Source: Shigella phage SSG23. From it: a DNA stretch of 64,000 nt. The translations under genes were made by a program, and so were the position numbers. The notes under the pieces were generated by a model. It was not told the DNA's origin, did not search any database, and saw only the letters and a program-made list of their open reading frames with translations. The stretch's first letter is position 1, and each line of letters opens with the position of its first letter. The stretch is from sequence record PQ351811. The stretch is one strand, 5' to 3'. Of the stretch, positions 41,388-50,158 are shown one piece after another.

Positions 41388-41571
41388 AAATGATCTATAT
41401 TCCGGCGATTGGGTTAAACGTCAGACTGTAGAAAACGTAACTTGTTTTCGTTGTTTCACTGAATACAATATAAAAACCGCTCCTGTTAGTGTTCCAAAGA
41501 CAGACGGGTATTATATTAAAGAACCGCATTGCCCTAAATGTAAATGTCGATTATATTGGAGTCATCTATGA
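41377..41571 (+). CDS. small zinc-ribbon protein
   Basis: ORF trimmed to ATG; CFRCF...CPKCKC (two CxxC pairs). Confidence 0.45.
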   Translation: MANKNDLYSGDWVKRQTVENVTCFRCFTEYNIKTAPVSVPKTDGYYIKEPHCPKCKCRLYWSHL

Positions 41572-41786
41572 AGAAGCCTAATACCGCTCACATGAAGGAA
41601 AACTGCCGATGTGGTAGATGTGGTTGGCCTATTATCTTCACTTGCTGTAACGACGATATGCAGCGTTTACCGTGGGGAATGTGGGATTGGTGGATGTATT
41701 GCAGCAATAAAGGATGTATTCACCATGAAGGCGAAGGAGTGTTTCAAGAAACGCCTGATTGGGTGGAGGTGATAGAAAATGCTTGA
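41568..41786 (+). CDS. small Cys-rich (zinc-binding) protein
   Basis: ORF trimmed to ATG after GGAG; CRCGRCGW...CCNDD...CSNKGC. Confidence 0.45.
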   Translation: MKKPNTAHMKENCRCGRCGWPIIFTCCNDDMQRLPWGMWDWWMYCSNKGCIHHEGEGVFQETPDWVEVIENA

Positions 41787-42072
41787 GACTATCATTAACC
41801 TTGTTATGTGGACTTTTAATTTCGTTATTGTTATTATTGCGGGTATTGAGATCGTCAAGCAATATCTGTTACAATCCAGAAATAAACATGTTGTAATTGA
41901 TATGGATTCTCAAGGAAATAAGCTGATCCTGCTAGAAGACGGTCGGGAATATTGGGTAGGTTATCCAAAGACACTACGCGGATTTATCTTTGCTATGGGT
42001 GTTTGCTTCTTTTTCCTTTGTATCTGGGTTTATGTTGGTTTAGGTCTTGCTGGATTTTTGGAGATTAATTAA
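41779..42072 (+). CDS. small membrane protein
   Basis: 97 aa, two hydrophobic helices. Confidence 0.45.
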   Translation: MLETIINLVMWTFNFVIVIIAGIEIVKQYLLQSRNKHVVIDMDSQGNKLILLEDGREYWVGYPKTLRGFIFAMGVCFFFLCIWVYVGLGLAGFLEIN

Positions 42073-42668
42073 TGGCTCAACTATATTTCTACTATGCATC
42101 TATGAACGCTGGCAAATCAACTTCCCTGCTACAAAGTGCTTATAACTATACCGAACGTGATATGCGAGTATTAATTCTTAAACCAGCGATTGATAATCGT
42201 GATTCAGATAGTGAAGTTGTTTCCCGAATTGGTCTAAGTGCTCCAGCGATCACCTTCACTAAATCGGATGATCTTTTCGATTTGGTTTATCGTGAATCAC
42301 TGGGTAAGCGTAGACCAGATCGCTGGCGTCCTGATGCTGTATTTGTAGATGAAGCCCAATTTATGACTAAAGAACATGTTTTAGGCTTATGTGCACTGGT
42401 TGATGATGCCAATATCCCTGTTTTGTGCTATGGCCTTCGCACTGACTTTAAAGGCAATCTATTTGAGGGATCTGCGGCATTAATGGCATTGGCTGATAAA
42501 CTGGTTGAAATGAAGGGTATTTGTCATTGCGGTAAGAAAGCAACTATGGTCCTTCGCGTAGATAAAGATGGTAATGTTATTCGCGATGGTGCTCAAATAG
42601 AAGTTGGTGCAGAGGATAAATATGTTTCTGTGTGCCGTAAACATTTTATTGACGGAACTACCAACTAA
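42072..42668 (+). CDS. tk: thymidine kinase
   Basis: 198 aa; MAQLYFYYASMNAGKSTSLLQSAYNY... matches the bacterial/T4 thymidine kinase N-terminus and P-loop; C-terminal CHCGKKA zinc motif. Confidence 0.9.
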   Translation: MAQLYFYYASMNAGKSTSLLQSAYNYTERDMRVLILKPAIDNRDSDSEVVSRIGLSAPAITFTKSDDLFDLVYRESLGKRRPDRWRPDAVFVDEAQFMTKEHVLGLCALVDDANIPVLCYGLRTDFKGNLFEGSAALMALADKLVEMKGICHCGKKATMVLRVDKDGNVIRDGAQIEVGAEDKYVSVCRKHFIDGTTN

Positions 42669-42736
42669 GAGTTAATCATAAATAAAGCCCCAGATTATAA
42701 ATATAACTGAATATTTTCAATCTGGGGGAATGACTT

Positions 42737-43039
42737 ATGTCATTTATTCGTAAAACTCTAACAGCGGCAATATGCTTGACTGCGGTCGGAAGTGTCAGTG
42801 CTGATCAATATGATCCAACTGGTGACTTTACTGATTATTTCGACGGTGCAATGATAGTATATGTAAACAAAATATCTCCTTCCATTGAAACCAGCCAGAA
42901 ATTTCATGCCCATATTATGAAGATGTATGCTCGTAGTAAATGTATGGATTCTAAGCAGTGTTTTATTATGGGGGAATATGCCGCAAAACAATTTGTTATG
43001 TTGTATAATGTGGAGAATCGAGAACATGAAATTCAGTGA
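42737..43039 (+). CDS. secreted hypothetical protein
   Basis: 100 aa, N-terminal signal peptide (LTAAICLTAVGSVSA), two Cys. Confidence 0.5.
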   Translation: MSFIRKTLTAAICLTAVGSVSADQYDPTGDFTDYFDGAMIVYVNKISPSIETSQKFHAHIMKMYARSKCMDSKQCFIMGEYAAKQFVMLYNVENREHEIQ

Positions 43040-43424
43040 TTTTCGAAAGACGTCCGAAGAGGGGAAAGCTAATAAAGTTGACCGCTTTATCGGTGAATGT
43101 CTGATGAGTGTTACTTATATGCATTCTGCGCATTTTGGGGTGACTGGTCCAGGATCTTATGCAAAACATAAGGCTCTAGAAGAGTTCTATCTTGAAATGC
43201 AAGAATTGGTTGATAATTTCACTGAAACCAATATTGGGATCACTGGTCGTTATCAACCAACGTTGGTCGTCCGCAAGGAGATTAGCGAAATTGCCTATTT
43301 GCAAGAGTTAACGCAAATGGCTAGTGAGATTTATAATGATGTTGATAGCTCGTTACAGAGCGTTTTAGATGATATCAAAGTTCTATGCTTTAAAACAATT
43401 TATAAACTCACTCGACTGGCTTAA
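43026..43424 (+). CDS. Dps/ferritin-like protein
   Basis: ORF trimmed to ATG after GGAG; HSAHFGVTGPGSYAKHKALEEFY...ELVDNFTE resembles the Dps ferroxidase-site pattern. Confidence 0.45.
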   Translation: MKFSDFRKTSEEGKANKVDRFIGECLMSVTYMHSAHFGVTGPGSYAKHKALEEFYLEMQELVDNFTETNIGITGRYQPTLVVRKEISEIAYLQELTQMASEIYNDVDSSLQSVLDDIKVLCFKTIYKLTRLA

Positions 43425-43445
43425 TGTCAGTCACAAGGGGGATAC

Positions 43446-45593
43446 ATGCCAGCAGAAATTAAAAACACTACAATTAACTCTCAAATTTGGCTTCCTCATA
43501 CTTTTGAATGTTCGATTGTTGCCGAGTCGGATGACCCGGAGAAAAGACGAAAAGGATATTTATGGAAAAAGAACGATAAGTTGATCACAATGACCGATGG
43601 TCCGTCTTTTCCGCTAAAGTCTGTTAAAGAGGAAGATAAAACAGGTTGGTCTGTTAATGTTCGTGGTTTTGCTCAAGATGATGAAAATCTTTCTGGCGAA
43701 TCCGTAGATATCGGTACGGAAAACTTCACCTTTGAACTTTTTGATAATCCATATGTGGAACATGTATACCCGCCTACGTCTTTTAATATTGGTGATGAAA
43801 TCAAGGCAAAGATTGTTTTTCGTAGTCATATCCAGCCTAATATTTCGGTTGACCTTTATTATAATGATGGTTTGGTTGATTCCGTTGACGGTGATCTGGG
43901 GTTAGACCATCGTGAATTTAAAATTGCAAAATTCGCGTGGCCTGAATTTTCCGGTACATATAAAATGGAATTGAGTGATGAACATGGTGAGGTTAAGTTT
44001 GTATATCCTTTCTATGCAAATATCACTGAAAATAAGGAAGTATTCAACGTACAAAAATATGCACCTGCCTATTTTACAGTAGAGGATGATGCACCGAATC
44101 AGGCGGAATATACTATTGTCCGATATCGACTAGAGCGCAATGATGGTAGTTTGGTTTATGAGTCTAAAGATAAGACTCTATACGTGACTAAACACGCTCA
44201 ACCGTCCGATGCTGGGGTTTATATTGCTTTTGTTCGTGCATATAAGGTTGTTAATGGACCTGGTGCTGGGACCGAATATGTGGATGGTGAAAAACATCGA
44301 TTCACAGTTAACGTAAAAGAAAACGAATTTTTTAGCCGTGATTTTAGTGCTATTGATTTTCGTTATCCTTCTGGGTCTACTGTAAACCTTGATATGCCAG
44401 TGATGCAAGCCGATAGCTCATGGAATCGTCATTATGGTATGCTTACTAACAACGTTTACTTTACGTGGATGCTTGGCGGTAAGAAACTACAAAGTAAAAA
44501 ATATGGTGATGAAGGATATGACCGAATCACATTATCTGGATTGCAATATGATAACAGCGTTGCGCTTCAATTGTTGGTTGCTCCTGCCAATCCAGCGGGT
44601 GAACAGGTGATTCCTAACGGTCGCCCATTATTTTATGATCGTCGTATGCTTGAGATTTATGATAAAGAGTATGATTATCGTAATATTGAAGTGGGTGAAC
44701 CGATTGTTCTCAAGATCGTAGATCCTGAACCGCCAGCTAGTGATGATCCTGAACAAACGCGAACTTTGGTTATCACCAAAAACGACGTTAAAGTAACGGA
44801 ACTTCCACTAGGTACTAAGGAATATAAGATCACCGACTCTGCGGACCGAGACCATAACGGCATCTGGGCGCATGAATATCGTGATAGTCCGAGTAAAGAT
44901 CCATTTAGTGCACATACTGATTTTGATATTGCTGGTCGTTCGACCTATCATGTTGAAGTAGTGCCGAATATGGAGTTTGACGGTCCTCATCCTGTGCAGG
45001 TGACGGAGGGTGATACCCTGACGCTAGAAGCAACCATGCTAAAACCGCCAGCCTCATATGTTCCGACTTATGAGTTTAGTAAAAACGGTGTTAAAATGGA
45101 AATGGAAGACCCAAGAAGTCCGATTTACCGTAAAGCAAACGTTACGCTAGAGGATGCTGGTGTTTATCGATTTGTTGCATTTGCTGATAAAAACAGCAAC
45201 GATGAACTAGATCCTGGCGAGATTGTCGGGTATACAAAATATGTTCAGGTTGTAGTTAATAAACGTCCTGTGCGACCGGATGAACCTAGACCGGAAGTTA
45301 AAATTGTTACTATGTTTAACGAGTTTAGCAAAGGTCGATTTAGTCCGTGTCCGTATTGGGTAATTGATGAGCTTGTCGAATTGATGGAAGACCCGCATGG
45401 CTGGATGGATAAACTTGAAGATTCTGTCTACTATGACTGGCAAATCACTATCTTTAATGAGTTCCTAAAAGGCAAGGATTTGTATCTTCAAGATTCGTGT
45501 AATGGTTACTGGGCGATTGTCCGCCAGAAGGATATGTCTATTGAAACTGGCTATGGTCGATTCAAACACTACTATACAAATGGACGTGAATAA
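43446..45593 (+). CDS. large acidic protein with Ig-like repeat signatures
   Basis: 715 aa; repeated D-x-G-x-Y beta-sandwich-like motifs (PSDAGVYIAFVRAY, LEDAGVYRFVAFAD). Confidence 0.55.
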   Translation: MPAEIKNTTINSQIWLPHTFECSIVAESDDPEKRRKGYLWKKNDKLITMTDGPSFPLKSVKEEDKTGWSVNVRGFAQDDENLSGESVDIGTENFTFELFDNPYVEHVYPPTSFNIGDEIKAKIVFRSHIQPNISVDLYYNDGLVDSVDGDLGLDHREFKIAKFAWPEFSGTYKMELSDEHGEVKFVYPFYANITENKEVFNVQKYAPAYFTVEDDAPNQAEYTIVRYRLERNDGSLVYESKDKTLYVTKHAQPSDAGVYIAFVRAYKVVNGPGAGTEYVDGEKHRFTVNVKENEFFSRDFSAIDFRYPSGSTVNLDMPVMQADSSWNRHYGMLTNNVYFTWMLGGKKLQSKKYGDEGYDRITLSGLQYDNSVALQLLVAPANPAGEQVIPNGRPLFYDRRMLEIYDKEYDYRNIEVGEPIVLKIVDPEPPASDDPEQTRTLVITKNDVKVTELPLGTKEYKITDSADRDHNGIWAHEYRDSPSKDPFSAHTDFDIAGRSTYHVEVVPNMEFDGPHPVQVTEGDTLTLEATMLKPPASYVPTYEFSKNGVKMEMEDPRSPIYRKANVTLEDAGVYRFVAFADKNSNDELDPGEIVGYTKYVQVVVNKRPVRPDEPRPEVKIVTMFNEFSKGRFSPCPYWVIDELVELMEDPHGWMDKLEDSVYYDWQITIFNEFLKGKDLYLQDSCNGYWAIVRQKDMSIETGYGRFKHYYTNGRE

Positions 45594-45602
45594 AACATAA
45601 TC

Positions 45603-45636
45603 AAAAGCCATCCGAAAGGGTGGCTTTTTCGTTTTT
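45603..45636 (+). terminator. rho-independent terminator
   Basis: Hairpin AAGCCATCCGAAAGGGTGGCTT followed by TTTTCGTTTTT. Confidence 0.75.
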
Positions 45637-45641
45637 AGGTG

Positions 45642-45670
45642 TTGACAACCGGATCGTGGTATAGCATAAT
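45642..45670 (+). promoter_or_regulatory. early promoter cassette P7
   Basis: GGTGTTGACA, 17 bp spacer, CATAAT, then CACACATCGACAACAAAAGGAGAACCAAAATG. Confidence 0.65.
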
Positions 45671-45700
45671 GCACACATCGACAACAAAAGGAGAACCAAA

Positions 45701-45910
45701 ATGATTAATCCCGTAGCCGCAGCACTTGCTTCCGAAGAAACTTTGAAGTATATGGTAGAACACGCAGCAAAGAAGGGAGAAATTGTTACTGCCGATGAGA
45801 TCGTAGAAACCATGCTTCGCGATCCGAAGGGTAACACAGCAAAGTTTTTCGGTGATCATCTTAAGCTGGCTTACAAAACAATTATGGAGACCGTAAAGAA
45901 TGCAAAATGA
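45701..45910 (+). CDS. hypothetical protein
   Basis: 69 aa ORF after promoter cassette. Confidence 0.5.
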   Translation: MINPVAAALASEETLKYMVEHAAKKGEIVTADEIVETMLRDPKGNTAKFFGDHLKLAYKTIMETVKNAK

Positions 45911-46238
45911 TGTAATTGAAGTTATTATGAATCAATATCAAAACCGGATTAAATCGGGGCGAATCACCGAAGAAAAGGCGAAACGGATCATCGAAAGATA
46001 CGCCGAAGCAACTAAAGGCGCGCCATCAGCTAACAGAATCATGATTCTTAAATGTCTGGTGCTTTCTGGTGACGATATGCCTATTCATGCAAAGAGTGCA
46101 ACCGATTTTCATAAGACCTATCGCCAGTGTGATGTAATTTTTACTTCTGGCTTAGGTAGTTATGACTCTATTATGTGGAATTTAATGCACCTTGATCCGA
46201 TTATCTGGGATGTACTTTCAGAGGAGGGCTACAATTGA
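45900..46238 (+). CDS. hypothetical protein
   Basis: 112 aa ORF, overlapping neighbours. Confidence 0.5.
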   Translation: MQNDVIEVIMNQYQNRIKSGRITEEKAKRIIERYAEATKGAPSANRIMILKCLVLSGDDMPIHAKSATDFHKTYRQCDVIFTSGLGSYDSIMWNLMHLDPIIWDVLSEEGYN

Positions 46239-46585
46239 ACATTGATATTCAGCGATTAATTGATCATCTTCATGCGGGAATACCTTATCATGGCGACGTT
46301 ACCCGCGATATTCTTGATGTTCTGGGATATACCCAGCAAGTGATCAACGAAAAGCAAGCATTAGAATCACGGATCGACGAGGCAATAGGAAACATTGCAA
46401 CCGAAGATGAATTAGATAATCACTTTGGACCTGTTCTCGATGCTCTTATGGCTGCGCGTGATACTAAGCTGAAACAAGATAAACAAGAATTTATCCTTGA
46501 TGGTTTAGCTCGTTATCACAATGCAATTGATATTATGAATAACCAGCATGATTATGCTATTAGTGTTTTGAGGGGTATGGCATGA
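46235..46585 (+). CDS. hypothetical protein
   Basis: 116 aa ORF, overlapping neighbours by 4 nt. Confidence 0.5.
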   Translation: MNIDIQRLIDHLHAGIPYHGDVTRDILDVLGYTQQVINEKQALESRIDEAIGNIATEDELDNHFGPVLDALMAARDTKLKQDKQEFILDGLARYHNAIDIMNNQHDYAISVLRGMA

Positions 46586-46866
46586 AAGACACAAACGAAT
46601 TTAACGGCATTCAGGTAAGCCCGAATTTTATTGTTCCGTCACTGGTGACTAAGCTGAATGGTCATATGGTCGCTTTGTCTTCCACACCGCCAGAATCAGG
46701 AAAGTTTATTACTATCGTAGTTTATGCAGGGCAAATTTTCTCTCATGATTGCTGCATGAAAAATGGTGAACTGATGGTTGCAAATTATGACTACGGCGAC
46801 CTTGATTGGGAAGTTTTAGGTCTGGCTAAAGGTGCTGAAATTCTGGGCTATCTTCGATTAGTTTAA
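46582..46866 (+). CDS. hypothetical protein
   Basis: 94 aa ORF. Confidence 0.5.
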   Translation: MKDTNEFNGIQVSPNFIVPSLVTKLNGHMVALSSTPPESGKFITIVVYAGQIFSHDCCMKNGELMVANYDYGDLDWEVLGLAKGAEILGYLRLV

Positions 46867-46884
46867 AAATTTTCTTAGAAAGTG

Positions 46885-46913
46885 TTGACAGCGATCCGGT
46901 GTTATTGCATAAT
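46885..46913 (+). promoter_or_regulatory. early promoter cassette P8
   Basis: AGTGTTGACA, 17 bp spacer, CATAAT, then CACCCATCGAAACGAGATACAC and GGAGAATCAAAAATG. Confidence 0.65.
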
Positions 46914-46954
46914 ACACCCATCGAAACGAGATACACTTTCTAGGAGAATCAAAA

Positions 46955-47176
46955 ATGGCAACTGTTAAAATTATCAAATCTTCCGCTGGCTTCGGTTTCA
47001 TGCGTGGTGCTAAGTACCCGATGATTATTGAAAACGTTGCCATCGAAGATGGTATGGCTAAAGTGACCAGCCGTCAATTGTTCGAAGCTGGTGTTAAAAC
47101 TGCTGAATCATGGGCGCTTCGCTATCCTAACAAAACATGGTCTTTCTTCCTGAATGGTGAAGCTGAGATCATCTAA
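46955..47176 (+). CDS. hypothetical protein
   Basis: 73 aa ORF after promoter cassette, upstream of gp38-like gene. Confidence 0.5.
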   Translation: MATVKIIKSSAGFGFMRGAKYPMIIENVAIEDGMAKVTSRQLFEAGVKTAESWALRYPNKTWSFFLNGEAEII

Positions 47177-47230
47177 GTAATATTATCAATCAATGCCCCT
47201 TAATTGGGGCTTTTCTTGTGAGGAAACTTT

Positions 47231-48010
47231 ATGGCAATTAAAGCAGGTTGGGTCGGATCATCGGCTGTGTCCGAGACTGGTCAACGGTGGATGAGCGCCG
47301 CAATGCAAGCTGTACGCTTAGGCCGTCCGGCGTATATGTCAGCGATGGTCGGACGCTCTAAAGAGATTCATTATAGCATTGGCGCTAGTAACTCTTACAA
47401 TAAAGACACTCTTATTAACTGGATGAAAGCACAAGGATCTACTCCGGTAGTAATTACTATCACAGGTAATATTGTTTCCCAATCTACTGGCGTTCCTTGT
47501 CTTGATTTCCCTAGCTCACTAACAAATGAATATGTAACACTCATTATTAACTCTGGTGTTCATGTCTGGGGGCGTGGTGGTAATGGTGGCAATAACTCCG
47601 CTGGTGGTGCTGGTGGTAATGCAATTAACAACGGTATAGGCACACGCTTGCGCATCACAAATAACGGCGCTATTTGCGGTGGCGGTGGCGGCGGTGGCGG
47701 CGGGTATTATTCTCCTTTTTCACAAATGAAATTGACTTTTGGTGGAGGGGGCGGTCGTCCATTTGGTGCTGCTGGTGGGTCTGCTAATATGGAACAGGGT
47801 GCTACTGCTGGTACTATTTCCGCGCCAGGTAAAGGGTCTGTCAACGGTGTATATAATGGCGGTAACGGTGGTGATGCTGGTGGTGCTGGTGGTAAATGTA
47901 ATATCCGTGGACAGGGGTCGGAATATAATGGCGGAGCGGCTGGTAAGGCTGTTACTGGCAATGCCCCTCGCTGGGATAAAGTAGGCACGATCTACGGTGC
48001 TCGTGTGTAA
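47231..48010 (+). CDS. gp38-like glycine-rich receptor-binding adhesin
   Basis: 259 aa; N-terminus GWVGSSAVSETGQRWMS and runs GGGGGGGGGYY, FGGGGGRPFG, GGNGGDAGGAGG resemble T2/T6/S16-type gp38 glycine-rich motifs. Confidence 0.55.
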   Translation: MAIKAGWVGSSAVSETGQRWMSAAMQAVRLGRPAYMSAMVGRSKEIHYSIGASNSYNKDTLINWMKAQGSTPVVITITGNIVSQSTGVPCLDFPSSLTNEYVTLIINSGVHVWGRGGNGGNNSAGGAGGNAINNGIGTRLRITNNGAICGGGGGGGGGYYSPFSQMKLTFGGGGGRPFGAAGGSANMEQGATAGTISAPGKGSVNGVYNGGNGGDAGGAGGKCNIRGQGSEYNGGAAGKAVTGNAPRWDKVGTIYGARV

Positions 48011-48016
48011 TTTTAT

Positions 48017-48048
48017 GGGCTATCCTTCGGGGTAGCCTTTTTTGTTTT
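48017..48048 (+). terminator. rho-independent terminator
   Basis: Hairpin GGGCTATCCTTCGGGGTAGCC followed by TTTTTTGTTTT. Confidence 0.75.
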
Positions 48049-48053
48049 GGGTG

Positions 48054-48081
48054 TTGACAAAGATAATCACAATGCTATAAT
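48054..48081 (+). promoter_or_regulatory. early promoter cassette P9 (extended -10)
   Basis: GTGTTGACA, 16 bp spacer, TGCTATAAT, then AAGGAGAATCAAAGATG. Confidence 0.65.
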
Positions 48082-48110
48082 GCACGCATACCAACTAAGG
48101 AGAATCAAAG

Positions 48111-48401
48111 ATGACCACTGAACAATTAATCAAACATATCCGCAACATTATTTGGGATCTGTCTGGTGATAAAGAGGAACAAGCTGAACGCATTTTAGCT
48201 AAACTCTATAAGCGCCGTGACCGTGGAGTATCAGCAAAGAAAGTGGAAACTTTCAAAGAGTTATCTTTCATCGAAGCTAAAAGGGATGGATTGATTTATC
48301 AGTTGACAGATGGTTACTGGTGCTATGATAATACTCGTTATGACACAGCAACTGATGCATTAAAAGCATGTAATGACCATCTTCGCAAAACTACCATTTG
48401 A
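48111..48401 (+). CDS. hypothetical protein
   Basis: 96 aa ORF after promoter cassette. Confidence 0.5.
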   Translation: MTTEQLIKHIRNIIWDLSGDKEEQAERILAKLYKRRDRGVSAKKVETFKELSFIEAKRDGLIYQLTDGYWCYDNTRYDTATDALKACNDHLRKTTI

Positions 48402-48411
48402 GGATTATATT

Positions 48412-48609
48412 ATGAAGGTTAAAACATTGGCTGATATGGATGAGATCGAGACTCAAGTACACGCGGCGTTAGTCGGTTATGAGTTCGGTCGATTCCTTAA
48501 TAAGTTCCATGATTATAAATGTTTAAATTGTGGTGCTCATAACGCAATTGGTGCTTGCTGTATTAATCCTGTTATAGTACCATATAAAAGAAATGAAACA
48601 GAAGAGTGA
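48412..48609 (+). CDS. small zinc-ribbon-like protein
   Basis: ORF trimmed to ATG after GAGGATTATATTATG motif; CLNCGAHNAIGACC. Confidence 0.45.
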   Translation: MKVKTLADMDEIETQVHAALVGYEFGRFLNKFHDYKCLNCGAHNAIGACCINPVIVPYKRNETEE

Positions 48610-48619
48610 GGAATATAGA

Positions 48620-49054
48620 ATGAAAAAGTTGATGGCGACCTTTCATGATATGCGAGATCTACCAGGTTTAGAACATGTCGATTTTCCTGTTACTATGGAA
48701 GTGTCGGAATATGACGGTTATCATGATATTCTGTTTATTAAAAACACTGAGTTTATCCGCTTATGCGCTAAACCTGCTGTGCTATACCCAGAAGGAAACC
48801 GGACAGCGGTCAGAAAAACAAATTCTGTTAAATTAGCATTTAGTTCAGATGTTGACTTGGAACCAGCTTTCGGATATACTCCGGTCGAGATCACAAAATC
48901 GAATACTTCATTCGTGAAAGTTGGAGAGAAAACGCATATTTCAACTATGCAAGACGGTACACAATACCTATGGTCCGATTTCTGCCAGCGTTATGAGCGT
49001 TTATCATGGGCTACCCGCTTATGGCGTGTTGAGTATAAGGAGATCACAAAATGA
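48620..49054 (+). CDS. hypothetical protein
   Basis: ORF trimmed to ATG after GAGGAATATAGA RBS. Confidence 0.5.
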   Translation: MKKLMATFHDMRDLPGLEHVDFPVTMEVSEYDGYHDILFIKNTEFIRLCAKPAVLYPEGNRTAVRKTNSVKLAFSSDVDLEPAFGYTPVEITKSNTSFVKVGEKTHISTMQDGTQYLWSDFCQRYERLSWATRLWRVEYKEITK

Positions 49055-49305
49055 TCACCGGATATATTCCATATTCAACGACAAAACACATTGTCGGTTT
49101 TGAAAACATAGAAAAGTCTTGCTTTCCTCTCAAGGTTGAAGTAGACTTTATTACAGCGAACGGATGGGCTTACGTTACCGTGGAAGAGATGAAACGCTTA
49201 GGGTGGGAAAATTGCATACACCTACCGCATCTTATCCTAGATGTTCGCGCTGGTGAGATTGATATTGATGGAAAGATCTATGGAGACAATGTAAATGAAA
49301 ATTGA
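49051..49305 (+). CDS. hypothetical protein
   Basis: 84 aa ORF, translationally coupled. Confidence 0.45.
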   Translation: MITGYIPYSTTKHIVGFENIEKSCFPLKVEVDFITANGWAYVTVEEMKRLGWENCIHLPHLILDVRAGEIDIDGKIYGDNVNEN

Positions 49306-49555
49306 AATTATTGACCGTGCTGGGTATACTTTCATGGAAAAAGTTAAACTTCCTATCATTGTTGAAGGTCGCCCCTACTATCAAGGATTCTTTATAACGA
49401 CCAGAGAACTACGAAAGGCTGGTGTTCCTGTTGAATCCTGTTTCTGTGATGATTATGAATGGTGTTTCAGTGGCTTACGTGCGTGCAAAGCCAAAGAAGA
49501 AGCACGAAAAACATCATGGTTTACTCGCTTTAATAACTGGTTGAGGAAGCTGTGA
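49295..49555 (+). CDS. hypothetical protein
   Basis: 86 aa ORF; GYTF motif shared with next ORF. Confidence 0.45.
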   Translation: MKIEIIDRAGYTFMEKVKLPIIVEGRPYYQGFFITTRELRKAGVPVESCFCDDYEWCFSGLRACKAKEEARKTSWFTRFNNWLRKL

Positions 49556-49893
49556 TGAACGAACCGAAAATGTATTTGTTGCTGAATGATTCAGGATATA
49601 CCTTTCTACAAGGTGTCGAGCGTGATTCCCGTCCGATTGTATATGGCAAGGAACATCCGACCATTCCTGGGGTCATTCTTGTTACGACAACATCACTGCG
49701 TCGAGTGTCGGAAAGTCCATACCTACAAAACGTAAAGCAAGACCGAGAATGGGCTTTCGAGTTAGGTAAAGATCTTGTTGAGTGGGTAAACTGTGAAGAC
49801 AAGAACCAACGAAATCATGAAAAGAAGATTGCACGACTTGAACATAGAAGAAAACTTGATGAAATCAAAAACAGGATTCTACAATCAATGTAA
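49552..49893 (+). CDS. hypothetical protein
   Basis: 113 aa ORF; GYTFLQGVERDSRPIV resembles the previous ORF. Confidence 0.45.
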   Translation: MMNEPKMYLLLNDSGYTFLQGVERDSRPIVYGKEHPTIPGVILVTTTSLRRVSESPYLQNVKQDREWAFELGKDLVEWVNCEDKNQRNHEKKIARLEHRRKLDEIKNRILQSM

Positions 49894-50113
49894 CAGGGTA
49901 TTCATTGTCCTTCTGGATTCAGAAAACTATCCAGAACTCTCTAAAACGCGTTTTCCGTGCGTTGTTGAAGCACACAAGGCATATGCACCAGATAAACAGT
50001 TTATCGTGATGGCGAGCGAAATAGAGCGGTTAGGGGCGATTCCTAAACATGATGAATATGTGTTTCGTAAGGCGTTCTCTGTGCCTCATTTTGGTGTAGA
50101 GTTAATTCACTAA
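49859..50113 (+). CDS. hypothetical protein (start uncertain)
   Basis: ORF 49793-50113 trimmed to an internal ATG to limit overlap with the previous gene. Confidence 0.4.
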   Translation: MKSKTGFYNQCNRVFIVLLDSENYPELSKTRFPCVVEAHKAYAPDKQFIVMASEIERLGAIPKHDEYVFRKAFSVPHFGVELIH

Positions 50114-50129
50114 AATCATAAAAAAGTTG

Positions 50130-50158
50130 TTGACAGGGGATCGCCGATCCCCTATACT
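50130..50158 (+). promoter_or_regulatory. early promoter cassette P10 with palindromic spacer
   Basis: TTGACA, spacer GGGGATCGCCGATCCCC (perfect palindrome), TATACT, then CACATCAAAACGAAACAC leader. Confidence 0.65.

Noticed and set aside
47707-47988. 93 aa minus-strand Pro-rich ORF (and overlapping 47739-47984 plus-strand alternative frame)
   Set aside because: Antisense or alternative-frame artefact of the glycine-rich gp38-like gene (GGN codons read as NCC proline codons).
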